From Adineta vaga (Eukaryota; Animalia; Rotifera), in the NCBI GenBank assembly GCA_021613535.1, contig CP075492.1, forward strand, positions 1,674,001 to 1,738,000: a stretch of DNA of 64,000 bases, given 5' to 3'. Below are positions 36,240 through 49,813 of the stretch, piece after piece. The notes beneath the pieces are model-generated. The model was not told the origin of the DNA, searched no databases, and worked only from the letters and a program-made list of their open reading frames with translations. Position 1 is the stretch's first letter. Every line of letters begins with the position of its first letter. The translations under genes and the position numbers were made by a program.

Positions 36240-38999
36240 AAGATACAATTATCATTATTGTGTGAACAAAAGAACTATAATAATGCTTATCAATATGTTA
36301 TTCTTGATGAAAATGTATTTGATCGAAACGAATGTCCTCTTATATAACAAAAATAATTTCATAATTATTCAAGAAAAATTTATTTCAATTCTTTATATTT
36401 AAGAGTGTCTTCTCTTCATCTGACAGCCATGCTGTGAATTTAAAAGCTAACGCAAAAAACTCTGATGACATATTTAGAGGGAGCAAACATCTTGCGCCAA
36501 GACTTTCGTGACGAAGGTTATTTGTAACATGGTAGATTAAATTCAAGATCTGTTTCGTTTAAATACGATTCACCTGTATTTAGAAGAATTATTGGCATAC
36601 GTAAGTGATGATGTCCATAAATGATATCCAGAAAACCATCTCCATTCAGATCATCAATCGCAATTGTAGAGGGATGAAATTCGCCACCAAAAACACATGG
36701 AATATCTATTTTTTCTTTCTGAAAATTTCTATTTCCGTACCCAATAAATAAATTCATTAGAAAATAATATCTATTTCCAATGAGAAAATCTAAATATCCA
36801 TCACAATTGAAATCATTAATACTAAGAGAATTCGCACTACCAATACTCGCATCATCAATCAATACTATCGATTCCGTAAAACTACCATCACCATGACCCA
36901 TCAAAACATCTATGGAATCCTCGTACGAATTAATAAAAACAATGTCTGGATGATTGTCATAATTTATATCAATAACAAACACCTGCTTTGGATTTGAATT
37001 ACTTCCAGTAAAATACCATTTATATGCATCAAAAGTTCCATTACCTTGTCCAAGAAATATTCCAATAGTCATACTTAAATAAGTACTACAAATAATGTCC
37101 AAATTTCCATCATGATTTAAGTCATCGGTAATAATTGACTTTGGAACAAAGGCAGAAATGATTGATATCATTAGCGTGCTTAATGTAAAATTTCCTTTTC
37201 CATCTCCCATCAGTATAAATATTGCACTTTTCCTGTCTATTATAAAAATAATATCCGAATGATTATCATGATTAAGATCAGCAGTTATCATATATAAAAT
37301 GTCACAGTAGTCGTAATCTATTTGAAAAATTGATTTGAATGTTAAAAAACTACCATTACCATATCCTTTTATAAAATCGATATGACAACCGATATGCCAA
37401 TTGTATTGACCATTAATAACAAGATCCATTTTCTTATCATTATCAAAATCACTAACAACAATACAATCCAGTATAATATCATTTACTAGTTGAGGAATGA
37501 TTGGTTGATCAAATGTACTATCACCATTTCTCAATAAAATATGCAAATAGCGATCCGAACTACAAGCAAACAGAAGATCCGATCGATTATCATTATTTAA
37601 GTCGACAACAATCAGAGAATATATAGGAAAACATATGTCAATTCTATATGTTTTGATAGATTCGAATTTCAATAGACCAGGCGGCAGTGATGCTAAAGAA
37701 AAGAAAATGATTAAATTCATATTCAAATAGACATCTTTAATCTTAATTCATTTACTTATATTCGTCATTGTCGATATATTCATTGTTGAATCGGTAGACA
37801 TTGTTACTACACTTGTTATTTTATCTTCCTCTGTTTGTTTTGTTGTCTTCTTTGATATAAGAACTGAAAAAAGATGTACACGTAATTATTAATAGTACGA
37901 GAGTTTTTGTTTAAAAAGCAATTATGAAAAAGATCATAATTCATCATATATACTTACTTTTTTTACTATAATAAATAGAAAATATTATTAAAAGCACTAT
38001 GATCAATATCAATATCATTAATGATATAATCATTTTTCGAGAAGAAGAAAACTTTGACATAGTAGTTTTTCTATAAAAACAATTCTTATTATGAATTTTA
38101 TACGAAATTTAACTAAATAATAACACTCACTGTGTTGCTGAAATCGTTACGATTGATTCTTTATTGTTAGAAAAACTATGCATATTTGTTTGAATAGATT
38201 CAATCGGCATACTTTTCGTAGAATATTGAGATTGTATATGTATTCTTCGTTTTTTTCGATATTCATAGATTTTCATTGTTATACCAATTAGTTTCGGACA
38301 TATCCATTTAAGAATAATTGCTAAACCACCTTGAAGACCGAAAAGAACAGTTATTGTATGTAATAGATTCACTTGTTCGATATAAGTAAATGAACATGAT
38401 AAAGGTAAACATTGTTTAAAATATAATTCATAATCTTTTGTTGTATTCCATTCTTCCATAAATAAATGTTCGATTAATTTATTAATAGTTGTATTTGGTA
38501 AAAAACGACTTTTCACAATTGTTGATAGAGGTGTTGTTAAGTTCATATCATGTGTAGAGTTTGTATATTGTTGAATGAGAGAAAGACATGATTGATCATA
38601 GAAACATTCTAATGTTGAAAGAAGAAATGATTCACTTGGTGTACATCCGATTTTCAATCCTTTCACTTCACTACGATTTGAAGAGTGCGATTCAATAAAA
38701 TATGCTTGACTTGTACAATTTGTCTGTAATCCACAAGAACAATTATCATCATAGATCATAGCTTTAGTTGGTAAATAAGTATACTGAAGTGTACCATTAT
38801 TTGATATAAATTTATATTGATAATTAGATCCAAAGGTTGACATAATAGCATTTCCATGATTGATACTTTGAACGAGATAAAGAAGACGAGCAAATTCCAT
38901 AGCAACATTGATTTTCTTCTCTTCAATGAGCGTATCAATACGATCAGCAAAGTCTCTTTCTGAGAAAAGTCGAGGAGTAACGAAAAGTGTAGTAAGAAA

Positions 39000-41900
39000 C
39001 AGAGCTGGGAACAGGCCACTTTTTTCTGGCCTGGCCTGGCCTGTAGCCTGCCTGGATATAGCATTGGCCTGCCTGGGGTAAGGCTGAGTTAGACTGCTTC
39101 CGTTCTTAGCCTGGCCTGGCCTGGCCTGGCAGGCCATCAGGCGCCTGTCCAGGCCAAGTGGAAATTTTAAGTTTTTTAATCGATCAAATCATAAAACTAT
39201 GGATTGAGTTATAGTTCCAACTTTAGTTATGTAATTTATTTTCATAATTATAGAACAATATAACATTTTCTTATCACGAAAATACTAAGTCAAGATAAAG
39301 AGAGAACTCACCACTATTGTATATGTTTTTCACAAACGAAGATTTGAATTATTGATATTGTGCTATATCAATATTTTCACATATAAAGAAAAGATATTTT
39401 TACATATTTATAAAACCAATGTGTTTCAGGATTAAATGACAAGTAAAATCAAGATCAGACGAGAAGAAGAGAAAAAATCACGAATAAGTAACAATAACAA
39501 TACGAAAAAGTATTTACACTTAATTTTCTATTTTAATGGCACTACGAATACAAATCATGTTGTCTAGTTGATCAGGATCTAAAGCAGATCTTCTGCTGGT
39601 TAATGTAAGTCCAGCAATGCTGAACTGCCTTTCCACTCCAGCACTAGTTGATGGAATGCTGTGAATTTGTCGAGCTACCTTTGATAGGCGAGGCAATTGA
39701 TCAGTATTTGATTTCCAAAATTTAAGAACATCATAATCATAATCATTCATATCGATTTTCATTGATAAATATCGACTTAGTTCATCAGATTGATTAATTA
39801 TAGGTAATGAATATTCAATACTTCGAATATCATCATCATCATTATCCCATTCATCATCATATGGGTTTCCATTTCCATCATCTTTAAAATCGTCCAGAAT
39901 AGATGAATATTCTGGTTTAAGAGGTTTCTTATTTTGTATTACATTGTTATTTTTGTGTTGTTTTTCAACCAATTCCAGTTGTTCTCGTACATATGCAAAA
40001 GATTCAATTCTTTCTTCGTTTGTACATCCTTTAAGACTACGATAGTCTGGATGCAAAAGTGTAGCACAATAATGTCTAATATCTAAATCAACCATGTCAT
40101 GTAACAATATTGATATTCGTTGACGAATATAACTTACACCTAAAATACTAACTGTACACGAAAAAACACGTTTTTTTTAATGATTTTACCTTCATCTTCT
40201 TGATCATCATCAAAATTTTCACTAGCATCATGATTTTCATATTTGCAAATATGTTGTACAAGATTATCGAAAGATTTTAATGCTTTTCGAAGACTTAAAG
40301 TGCATGGCAAAACCAAATACAATGTTGGCTTTGATCCTGATTGCACCATTTTAATAATTGATTGAAATGGTTTCAAAAGACGTATTATTTGTTTCACCAA
40401 GTACTGATTCACACCAGATAATCTATATTGTTGTTTTCGAGATATTAAAACATTTCTAATATGTATAAATGATGTATTTATACTTTCTAAGGAATTTATC
40501 AAAGAGACCCATCGAATAACAATAGCTTGTTGTACTCCAACACCACCAACTTCTTTAATGTGTGTATTTAAACCAGCCTATTCAAAATCAAAACAATTCA
40601 CATAATTAATTCACTGAGAATAGGGTATGAAGTACGAACTTACTTGTTTAATATACTTTGCTAATGATTTACATTCGACAATTGTTTTAATTATAAGTTG
40701 AGCAGCTGGTGGAGTATCGGTGAGTTTTATTGTCATCACTTGTTCTTTCAAATCTGTTGTATGACGATTTGAACTTTTATTCACTTTTATTGGTTTCAAT
40801 GGAATACAATATGCATCATCTTCATTATCATCTTCTTCTTCATCAGTAACAGATTTTTCATCAGAAGTAGTTAATGAGATAGATGCTTGTTTTGATGTTG
40901 AAAAAATCCTCGTTTAAGAACATTATTTAACCTATGTCCATAACAAGTAATTGGATGTAAATGTCGAAATGCTTTTAAAAAATTAGCACCTCTATCACAA
41001 ACAATATTGACCATGAATAAATCATCAATTCCAAAAGTAGCCATTTCATTTTGTAAAACCTGTAAGAAACATTAGTAAAAAAAATATTATTAGAAGTTTA
41101 TTAATAAATGAAGTGTTAAAATTACAGTAAAAATATTTTCAGCAGTTTTTTCTACTTCAGGAAACTGTCTACAGAAAAGATCGATTGTATGATACTTATA
41201 ATTTTGATCAACAATCACAGCTGTGACTCCAAGATAAGAAATTTGATTGTATTTGTCGCACCAAAGATCGGGCGATATCGACAAACATTTGTTATTATAC
41301 GGTTCTTGCAATAATTCTTTGATATTTTGACGATAAGATTTTGCTACAGCTTGTATATGAGTAGATATTGTTTTTCGACTACGAAGAATGTCATTGACAT
41401 CAACATTTCCATAAATACTTCCTAAATTAATATATTTCAATAGATATTCAATATAAAATGGATACATACCCAATCGCACACATTCTTGTACAAGTGCTCT
41501 AAGACCACTATCATCAATAATGGAAATAGGACGAATATCACCACATATCCAATGTACAATCAAATCTTTAATTACCTTTGATTGTTCATCATTTAATGTT
41601 TTACGAACTAGCAACATTTTATCAATTTGTGTTTGTGTTGGAATTTGTATATTGTTATTCGTACAAGAATGATGCTTCATGTGAGCAGTTCCACTATTTG
41701 GACCATAAACAAAAGTTTTTTTACATAATCGGCAACTTGTATATCCAACAATCCTTTCAAAATCACCTGTTAATGTATTAAATTTTGCTGGAAAACCGAA
41801 ACACGACCAATATGAAGCAACAGCTGATGGTGATTTATTAACAATAATATCATATTTATGTTTTTCATATTTTAATAAATTTGATATTCTTTCACTAGAA

Positions 41901-42884
41901 TAATACGAAGAGTTCGAACATGATAAATCATCTGTATTTGATAATGAAGATGATGAACGATTAATATTTGATGAAGGAGATAAAGAATCATTTGTATTTG
42001 ATATCGATGATGATGATAAACGATTTATGTTGGTTGATGAAAATGATGAATTATTTGTAGTTGTTGATGAAGAAGAAAAAGAAGCAACTGGTGAACGATT
42101 TATATTTGTTGATGAAAATGATAAATTATTTGTAGTTGTTGATGAAGAAGACGACGAAACAACTGGTGAACGATTTATATTTGTTGATGAAGAAGACGAC
42201 GAAACAACTGGTGAACGATTTATATTTGTTGATGAAAATGATGAATTATTTGTGGTTGTTGATGAAAATGATGAATTATTTGTGGTTGTTGATGAAAATG
42301 ATGAATCATTTGTATTTGATGATGTAGAATTAGATACAGATATAATTTGAATATCATCAATTGACATGGCTGTTGGAATACATGAAGTAGAAGAAGTTGA
42401 TGAAATATAAGAGTGTTCAGTTGACATTGATTATTGAAATTGTGGTCTAAAATTATGGAAAAGACAAATATTTTCTATATTGGAACAGAATAAAGGGACA
42501 TTTTTCTTGTCTGTATTGAACAAATAAAGTTAACCACACAACATAATTCATATTACTTTTCCTTTTTTTCCTTTATCCATTATTTAATTAATTCGCTCAT
42601 TCATTTGTATATATAAGAATATTCACCAATCATAAATAATACATCTAAAATATAGAAGAAAATCACTAGTTTGTGGTGCCATCTAATGTTTTTAAATTGC
42701 TGCTAGAAAAATATTTTTTTTAAGGCAGGCCAACAACTTTGGCCTGGCCTGGCCTGCAGACAGGCCACTATATCTACTGGACGGGCCAGGCCAGGCCAAA
42801 TTTTCAAAAATTCAGCCTGGACGGGAGCCTGGCCTGCCAGGCCACCAGGCGCCTGCCAGTCGCCTGGCCTGATGCGCAGCTCTG
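39000..42884 (-). mobile_element. Full-length hAT DNA transposon
   Basis: TIR CAGAGCTG...CAGCTCTG; perfect 8-bp TSD GTAAGAAA (38992-38999 and 42885-42892); subterminal GGCCT/GCCTG arrays at both ends. Confidence 0.95.
39520..42427 (-). CDS. hAT transposase (BED-like finger, DDE core, C-terminal dimerisation domain), intron-containing, probable -1 frameshift near 40890
   Basis: CRLC...HMKHHSC; SPDLW; CDRGAN; CYGHRLNNVL; IRW; FWK...LPRLSKVARQIHSIPSTSAGVERQFS; Ser-rich repeated N-terminus. Confidence 0.85.
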
Positions 42885-45800
42885 GTAAGAAATTCATTGA
42901 TAGAACTTGTAACTGATTGATTGGATAATTGACATAATTCTTTTAGAAATTGAAGATGAACAGAAAGAAATCGACGATAATCTCGAAGTTTATATGAAGA
43001 AAGATTTGAAACAAGACCAGATGTAATGTTGATTCGCCATTGTTCAGAAGTAAATGAACTTGAACAAACTTGATGAATTTCTGGTTGAATAATGATAAAT
43101 TCACGATATTGTGATGAAATTAATGAACATGGACATTCCAATGCATTTCCATAAGTTTGATAATGTCGTTTGTAAAGAGTAAAAGATAGTTTATTGAAAG
43201 TTTTTGTAATAGTTTGAGGTTGAACAATTGTATAAATAGTAAGAACAACTAATATTGTGATAAAAAGTACAAAATAAAGTCGAGTTGCCCATTGTCCAAG
43301 ATGTTTGGCTCTATTATGATCAAGATTACTATCAAAATCTCTTCGTAAGAATATGTTTAGATTGAGTATGAGATCACGTAAAAGTGTCAATAACTTCTGT
43401 ATAAGTATTTTTAGTCGATCCAATAATTTTGGATGTTCTTAGAAATACACAGATGAATAACATTAATGTTCTATGATTTGAAATTCTTACCTTGTTGTTG
43501 TTTTTGTTGTTGTTGTCTTCGTACGATTTTTTTAGTATTCATTGCTTTTATATGAAAAATGAATTTAATCAATAATGGTGTGATGAAACGTAATGAAAGA
43601 GACAAACCACTAATCAAAGATACCATTAATAAAATCACTTCACCAGTAGTTTTTCTCTCATCTTTTTTCAAATAACTACAATAACTTGGAGTACATGATC
43701 GATAAAAACGATCATAGAAATAGGAAGAATTCCATTTTTCGATCATAATTTTTTTGAGTATATCATTAATAGTTGTATTTCGAGAGAAACGAGTCGATTC
43801 TGAATGATAAATCAAAGGATTAACATCAGGGAATGATACCGGAATAGTTGTACCACTATCATCCGTACGCAAATACCTTATTAAAGCGAGAAAACATTCT
43901 TCATCTAAATAAAAACACTGAAGTGTTGAGAATAAAAGAGAATCAGTAATTGTACAGCCTGTAACCATTCCAGGTATTATATAAGCAAGATCAAAACTCA
44001 AGTCGCGATAATTCTCGATTCTATTTATATAAATAGCAGCTGGACTTGTACAAGATGGATTAGTAGCACATGTACAATTGATTTGTTCTGATTCGATGTC
44101 ATAAGTACCATGAAAGGGAATTATGAACTGAAATGAAAATATGTAAACAGTTAGTTTTTGTCTTCAACAATATTTTAGTTTTCATAAGAGAATTTTTTCA
44201 TAAATAAAAGTAGTATAGATGCTTATCTTGAAATTCTAATATGAAAATACCTGTGATAATTTATTGTTGAGCTCATTTACAATTGTATTTACAATTAATT
44301 TCGATGGAAATCTTGGAGGGTAACGTGTAATTGGTACTTCCATATATAATTGATCAACTTGTATGATGAGACGCACTACTTCTATCAATGTACTAAAATA
44401 TGTTGAAATTGATTGAAAAAATTGTTCAAGAGTTGAATTGATCTGTTCATTAAAATCATTTTTATCAATCATATTTGAAACGATCATAGATTGTCCAATA
44501 AAACGACTTACTGCCTCGTCGATAATCTTTTTAGCGAGTTCGCAAAGACCTGACAAGAGTGCAAATTGCGAAAATGATCTATAACGCCAATCAAAATCTC
44601 GTTCTATATCTACTTTTGAAAGTCCTAAGATCCAATGATCACTAACTAAACTACTATAGCAAATTTGATGTAAAATAGGTGATATTGTAGTAAAGTTTTT
44701 ATATGATATCGCTATATTTGTACATGGACATTTGAGTGTACTGGAATATTCATTTTGTAATTCAATAAACTTATTCAATGTTGGATTGGAGATATTTATT
44801 GTGATTGTGTGAGTTTCAAATCGATTGAAAAGAACAATAATGATTAATAATCCTGGAAATATAATAAAAACAACAAATTATATATTAAATATTTCTAAAA
44901 TAATGTAAGAAATTAAAATTGAAAAATAAATACCCCACAATAAGACTAAATAGACACGTGTCATTATTTTTTGTCGTTTTATATCGTCTTCTGTTCGTTG
45001 ATCGATTTGCTTAAAGAAATTTAATCGTTCTAGCCAATGGATAAATTTGTACAGTTGAATTCTTAATAATAATATCCATCCTTTATAAATGAGATAAGAA
45101 CATTAAACAAGATTTTCATGTTTTCTTTTCGTAAACATACTCATATTATCATCAGCATTTCGGAAATAATTTCGTATTTTCCATAAAATATTGATTAAAA
45201 ATGGTGCAATTAAACGAAGAATGATGATAAGACCACCATAAAGACTGATGAAAAGTGTCATAGAATTTGAAAGATCCATTCGATCTATTGTGATATATGT
45301 ACAAAATGATGGAGAACATAAATGAAAATATTCAGAATAATTCATTTTAGTTATCCATTCATCAATAAAAAGATTCGACAAATAAGAAGTCACAGTCAAA
45401 TTTGATTTGGAAACATAAAGAACTATATTAGACCAATTTAAGTTCATCTAAATGAGAAAAAAACAAATACAAAATGATAAGTCAATGCAAACAGTAAAAC
45501 ATACTTTTTTGATAGCTGGAATATAATGCTCTAATAGATAAAGACATTCAATATTATATAAACACTCGAGAGTACTTGGTAGAAGAGCTTCAAGTGGAGT
45601 ACATGCTCCATAAAAACCAGTTATCTTAGGAGCTGTAGAATCTTCAATCCATTCGTAATGATCCTTACTACGTGAACGGTCACTCAAATTCTGAAATTGA
45701 GCTCGACCAATCGGATGCTTGACACCGCAAAATTTATGACGGTAATCATAACCATCCAAAAACATTGTTGTTACTACTATCAAATCATTTTTTGAATGCG

Positions 45801-46475
45801 CTTGTGAATCTTCCTTATCAAAATAATGCAGTAGATTTGTATTGAGAGCAGAAACTAAAACATTTGTACGAATAACAGTAAGAAAGTAATTAAGAAATGA
45901 ATTAATTCGAATCGATTGACTTGTTTTATAAAAAACGACTGACACATTAACTTGAGTTTCTACATTAATTTTTGAAAGAAGATTAATGCTAACGAGTGAT
46001 TGATTATAAAGATCAATTTGATTTTGATTTACAATACTTTTAGATAATGAACAAAAATCAGATAAAAGTTGAAACTAAAAAAAAAGATGAATTTGATTTT
46101 CTTGAATTTCTATCAATTAAATTTATTTAAATTTACTTGTGAACTAGCCGTAGTTCGAAAATCTAATGTTCCATATTGACTTGCATCTTCTGAATATAAT
46201 GCATTGATCCATTCTGAACTAACAAATATACTTTCACAAACAGAGTGATATTTCACTGTAGTTGAAATGAAATTTTTATAGGGAATTGAACTTGTTGCAC
46301 ATGGACATGAAAGTGTTTCATAATATTTTTGATAAAGTTCATCAAAACGATGAGGAGTGATCGATGAAACGAAAACTGTTCGAGGTTGTGGATTGATTAA
46401 TGTCATAAAGAAAAGAATATAAAGCGATACTGAAATATAAAAACTTTTCTTTTTTATATAAAATAAAAATCAAAT

Positions 46476-46954
46476 ATTCCCTCGACTGTAGGGAGGATTT
46501 TATGCAAAAAATTGTTTGTTTGTTTGTAAATTTGTGTCAGGTCAAAGGTCAAAAGCACAACAGTGAAGGCCAGTTTGAAGTCATCACCTTGGGGAGCAGG
46601 AATTTGCGTGCTGGGTGAAATCATGGGTGGAGTATAGAGATGGATGCTGGATGAAACCTTGGGTGGGGGTATAGAGTAGTGTGCTGGGTGAAACCATGGA
46701 TGGGGATATGGACCTGGGTGTTGGGTGAAACCATGGGTGGTGCTTTGAACATAGGTGTTGAGTGAATTAGATTTTACGAAAAAAGAGTTAATATTCTGTT
46801 TTCGAAGGTTAATACATATTTCAACAATAACATGAGAGCTGTTTCTCGTATCTTGAGTTTCCATATAAATTCATCTCACTATTGAGACAAGCTGAAAATA
46901 CCTGTCCTCTACAGTCGAGGGTTAAGTGAGTCGGCTCGACGAGCGTTGCTTGTT
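46476..46954 (+). mobile_element. DINE-1/Helentron-associated (HINE-like) non-autonomous element in an intron
   Basis: Subterminal IRs ccctcgactgtag (46479) / ctacagtcgaggg (46909-46921); 3' hairpin gctcg-a-cgagc; ends cttgtt in a T-run; internal ~33-bp gctgggtgaaaccatgg repeats; removing it leaves a typical ~50-bp intron. Confidence 0.75.
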
Positions 46955-47569
46955 TTACTTACATGAGAAAAGAAGAATATATAACCGTGTAGCATATTTT
47001 TGATGTTTAATAATAACCAATGGATCTTCTGCTTCAACATTATCATTATCTTCATTATAATCATTTTCTTCGGATATAAAAACATTGTAATTTTTTAGTT
47101 TACCATAACACCAATGATAAATGATTTTCATATGCATGATTGAAAAAAGAACCGTATTCTTTATCGAATATCTAATAAAAATAAATGTAATGATAAACTC
47201 AATGCAAAAGAATCGAGATGGATCTCTGATATAAATATTACCAAATGGAAATAAAATAATTTTTTTACAAAGGAATAAATACTTTCAAATATCTCGATGC
47301 AAATAAAGATATGCAGTTTTTTTTCTCTAGGCAGTTCTCTATATATGTTCCATATGGTGTAGTTTTTCAGTTCAATTTATCAAATATATTTTAAATCTGT
47401 AGGATTAAATGTTCAGAAAGTAGGAACTCAAAAAAAATATAATATGAAAAACGATTCTCCATATCTGAAAGAATTATTTTTCTTCGTCTCAGTTAAAAGA
47501 AATTTTACTTGATAAGCACTGCTAGTTAAATTTATTATGCCTTAGTATAGTTTCAATTTATGAAGAGAT

Positions 47570-48054
47570 AAACACCTAAAGTTTTATCACCTATGAATGA
47601 TCTTATTGAAATGGCAAAACTTTCCGCACTACCAATGTAAAATGTCTGGGAGATAAACGCATTTAAAACGCATGAAATGAACGAATTAAACGTAAAAAAA
47701 CTTATTTATTCATAGACAGTCACATTACTGAATCTCAACTTTATTTACATCGATCGTGGCCTAAAATACATTGCTGATGTCCTAAAAATATCAAGATAGT
47801 TATCATCCGATTTTTATATTTATTGTCTTCTACAATTTCTTTATGTATAGTCACTCACTACTCTACATCTTATATGTAATGAAATTATTGATCATGGAGT
47901 ACGGTGTCATGTTGATGCTTTAAAACAAAATCCGGTATTTCTTATTGTATTTTATTTCTATAATACTGATTTTCTTTTCTATACACAGACACTTCAAAAA
48001 TTATATATATCATCCGGAAATCACAGACTTCAAAATGCATTTATTCAAGATTGA
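47570..48054 (+). pseudogene. RI-type LRR gene remnant
   Basis: Exact 84-bp phase-0 exon 47851-47934 (SLTTLHLICNEIIDHGVRCHVDALKQNP) flanked by degenerate LRR exons. Confidence 0.65.
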
Positions 48055-48588
48055 CTGATATGGTTTTTTCCCATTAGACTGTTTTGATTCCTAACAGTTA
48101 AAGTAATGACGTGTAAATTGAACATGAATAATCAGATCCATTTCGAAAATCGATTGATTCGAAGTAATTAAAGAATTAAAATCAATACTAGTCATTATAT
48201 ATCGTTCTTTGTTATGTTCGATAGTAAGAGAGAAGAGAAAGAGGGACGTGGGTGTATAGTCGGTTAAAACACAAGTGACTTTTCTTTTATTTAACGAAGC
48301 ATATATGAAATGATTCCAAAGAAAACACAAAAGAAAAATACATGAGGTATGGATACAGATGTCATGCTATATTCTACCATAACACCCTTCCCAGCCTGGA
48401 ATAAAAAAAAGAAAAGAAAAATATAACCAACATTCAACATCAGCACATTTAGAGAAGAGAAAAAAATAGAAGTGAAAGACATGATCAATAACAACAACAA
48501 AAATAGAGAAGGAAAAAAATAGGAGAGAAAAAAAGTACAAAGTTACTGATTGCTCAATTTTTTTCTATAATGGAAGTAACTTTGCTTG

Positions 48589-48941
48589 TTAAAGATGTTC
48601 CTTGATATGTGTGAATTTGATACCATATAATCGAAGAATTTGTCGTATCAGTCGTTTTGTAAAGCGATGATAAGTGGCACGTTGAACTGTAAATCTGTAG
48701 CGATATTTTCTTCGTTCAACATTATGTCGGTGATTTTTTCGATGACGAGCTTCGGCTGATCGAATCTTCTTCCTTGGTTGCTGTGGCTGTTGTTGTTGTT
48801 CTGCGGGATTGGAAACAAGTTGAACTGTGTCATCTGTTACTTCTGCTTCACGACGAGTAACTGTTGCGTAACTACTACGAATTAATTCATCATTAGAAAT
48901 ATCTTCAGATAACTGATTTTGTTGAGTAGTAACTTCAATAT
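48589..48941 (-). pseudogene. Basic-rich ORF remnant (probably retroelement-derived) interrupted by the CACTA element
   Basis: About 115 open codons NIEVTTQ...RKKIRSAEARHRKNHRHNVERRKYRYRFTVQRATYHRFTKRLIRQILRLYGIKFTHIK, abutting the left TIR; the frame continues degenerately beyond 54640. Confidence 0.45.
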
Positions 48942-49813
48942 TGCACTAATCGACGATCTTGCCCTATTCTTTCCAGGTTCTTGTTTTTCTTAGTTTTCAT
49001 ACAAGATTCTTGTGTTCAGACAAGATTCTTTACGACAGGAAAGTAAAAAGAATCTTACATGATTTTCAAGAATACAAGAATCTTGTCCGATTAATCAGAT
49101 ACGTAAGAATCAGGCAAGAATTATAAGAAGTTCAAGATAACGTTAATGTTCAGACAAGAATCTTTTTCTTTCCTTTCCAAAAGAATCTTGACTGAAGTTC
49201 AAGATATAAAGAATCTTGTCTGAATATCCTGAAATATAAGAAACTGGAAAGATACACAAGATATTTTTATTTTCTTAGTTTTCAGACAAGATTCTTGTAA
49301 TGAGAAAGAAAGAAGAATCTGGCCAGCTTTTCAAGATCAACAGCACGTGATGTGATCTTTGTATAGAATATATATGTCTGTGTAAATCGATAAATAAAAC
49401 ATTATTTGTTCGTAATCATTATTGGAGTGATTCAATAACATACGAGTTCATGTCCATTATTTACTTTCTTAAAACTTTCATTTAATTCAAACGACATCTA
49501 GTAAGTTATTATTTTAATGGCAGATTGTAAAAGTTTACGTCTTAGCAAGAAAACAATGGAATACATAATATCCATTTTTCCATTGTTTTCGAAAAACAAT
49601 TCTAATTGAACACATTTCGATATTTTTTGAATTCTTCGATCTCTTTTCTATTCTTTCTAGATTTTTTCAATATCGATAAAAGTATTTCATTTGATGGAAG
49701 AAGAAAACGGTGAATCGTTTGAAAATATATCGTTTGATAATACTCTTGGTATAGGTAAAATCTAATATCGATTCTATGTCCTTTTTTCTTCAATCACGTA
49801 TCATTTTGTTTAG

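Larger units (their letters stand above)
36518..47137 (-). pseudogene. Multi-exon membrane protein: three Cys-rich two-TM units + extra TM + FG-GAP repeat domain; exon disrupted by a hAT insertion
   Basis: Units: YATRLYILLF/TLSCPC/ISLYGGL (47137-45140), MTRVYLVLL/TLKCPC/SLISGL (45090-43490), WATRLYFVLF/ALECPC/FGLQGGL (43440-38130); TM near 37960-38070; FG-GAP ORF 36518-37700. Removing 39000-42884 plus one TSD restores SINEFLT-TLFVTPRLF. Confidence 0.8.

Noticed and set aside
38127-39137. 336-aa ORF as an independent gene (also ORFs 38756, 42703 and the tail of 42812)
   Set aside because: The QARPG-type segments are translations of hAT subterminal repeats fused to the interrupted host exon.
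42027-42350. Acidic repeat ORF (VDENDELFVV) on the + strand
   Set aside because: Antisense shadow of the Ser-rich repeats of the hAT transposase.
46454-46864. Pro/His-rich 136-aa ORF
   Set aside because: Lies within the HINE-like element and derives from its internal GC-rich repeats.
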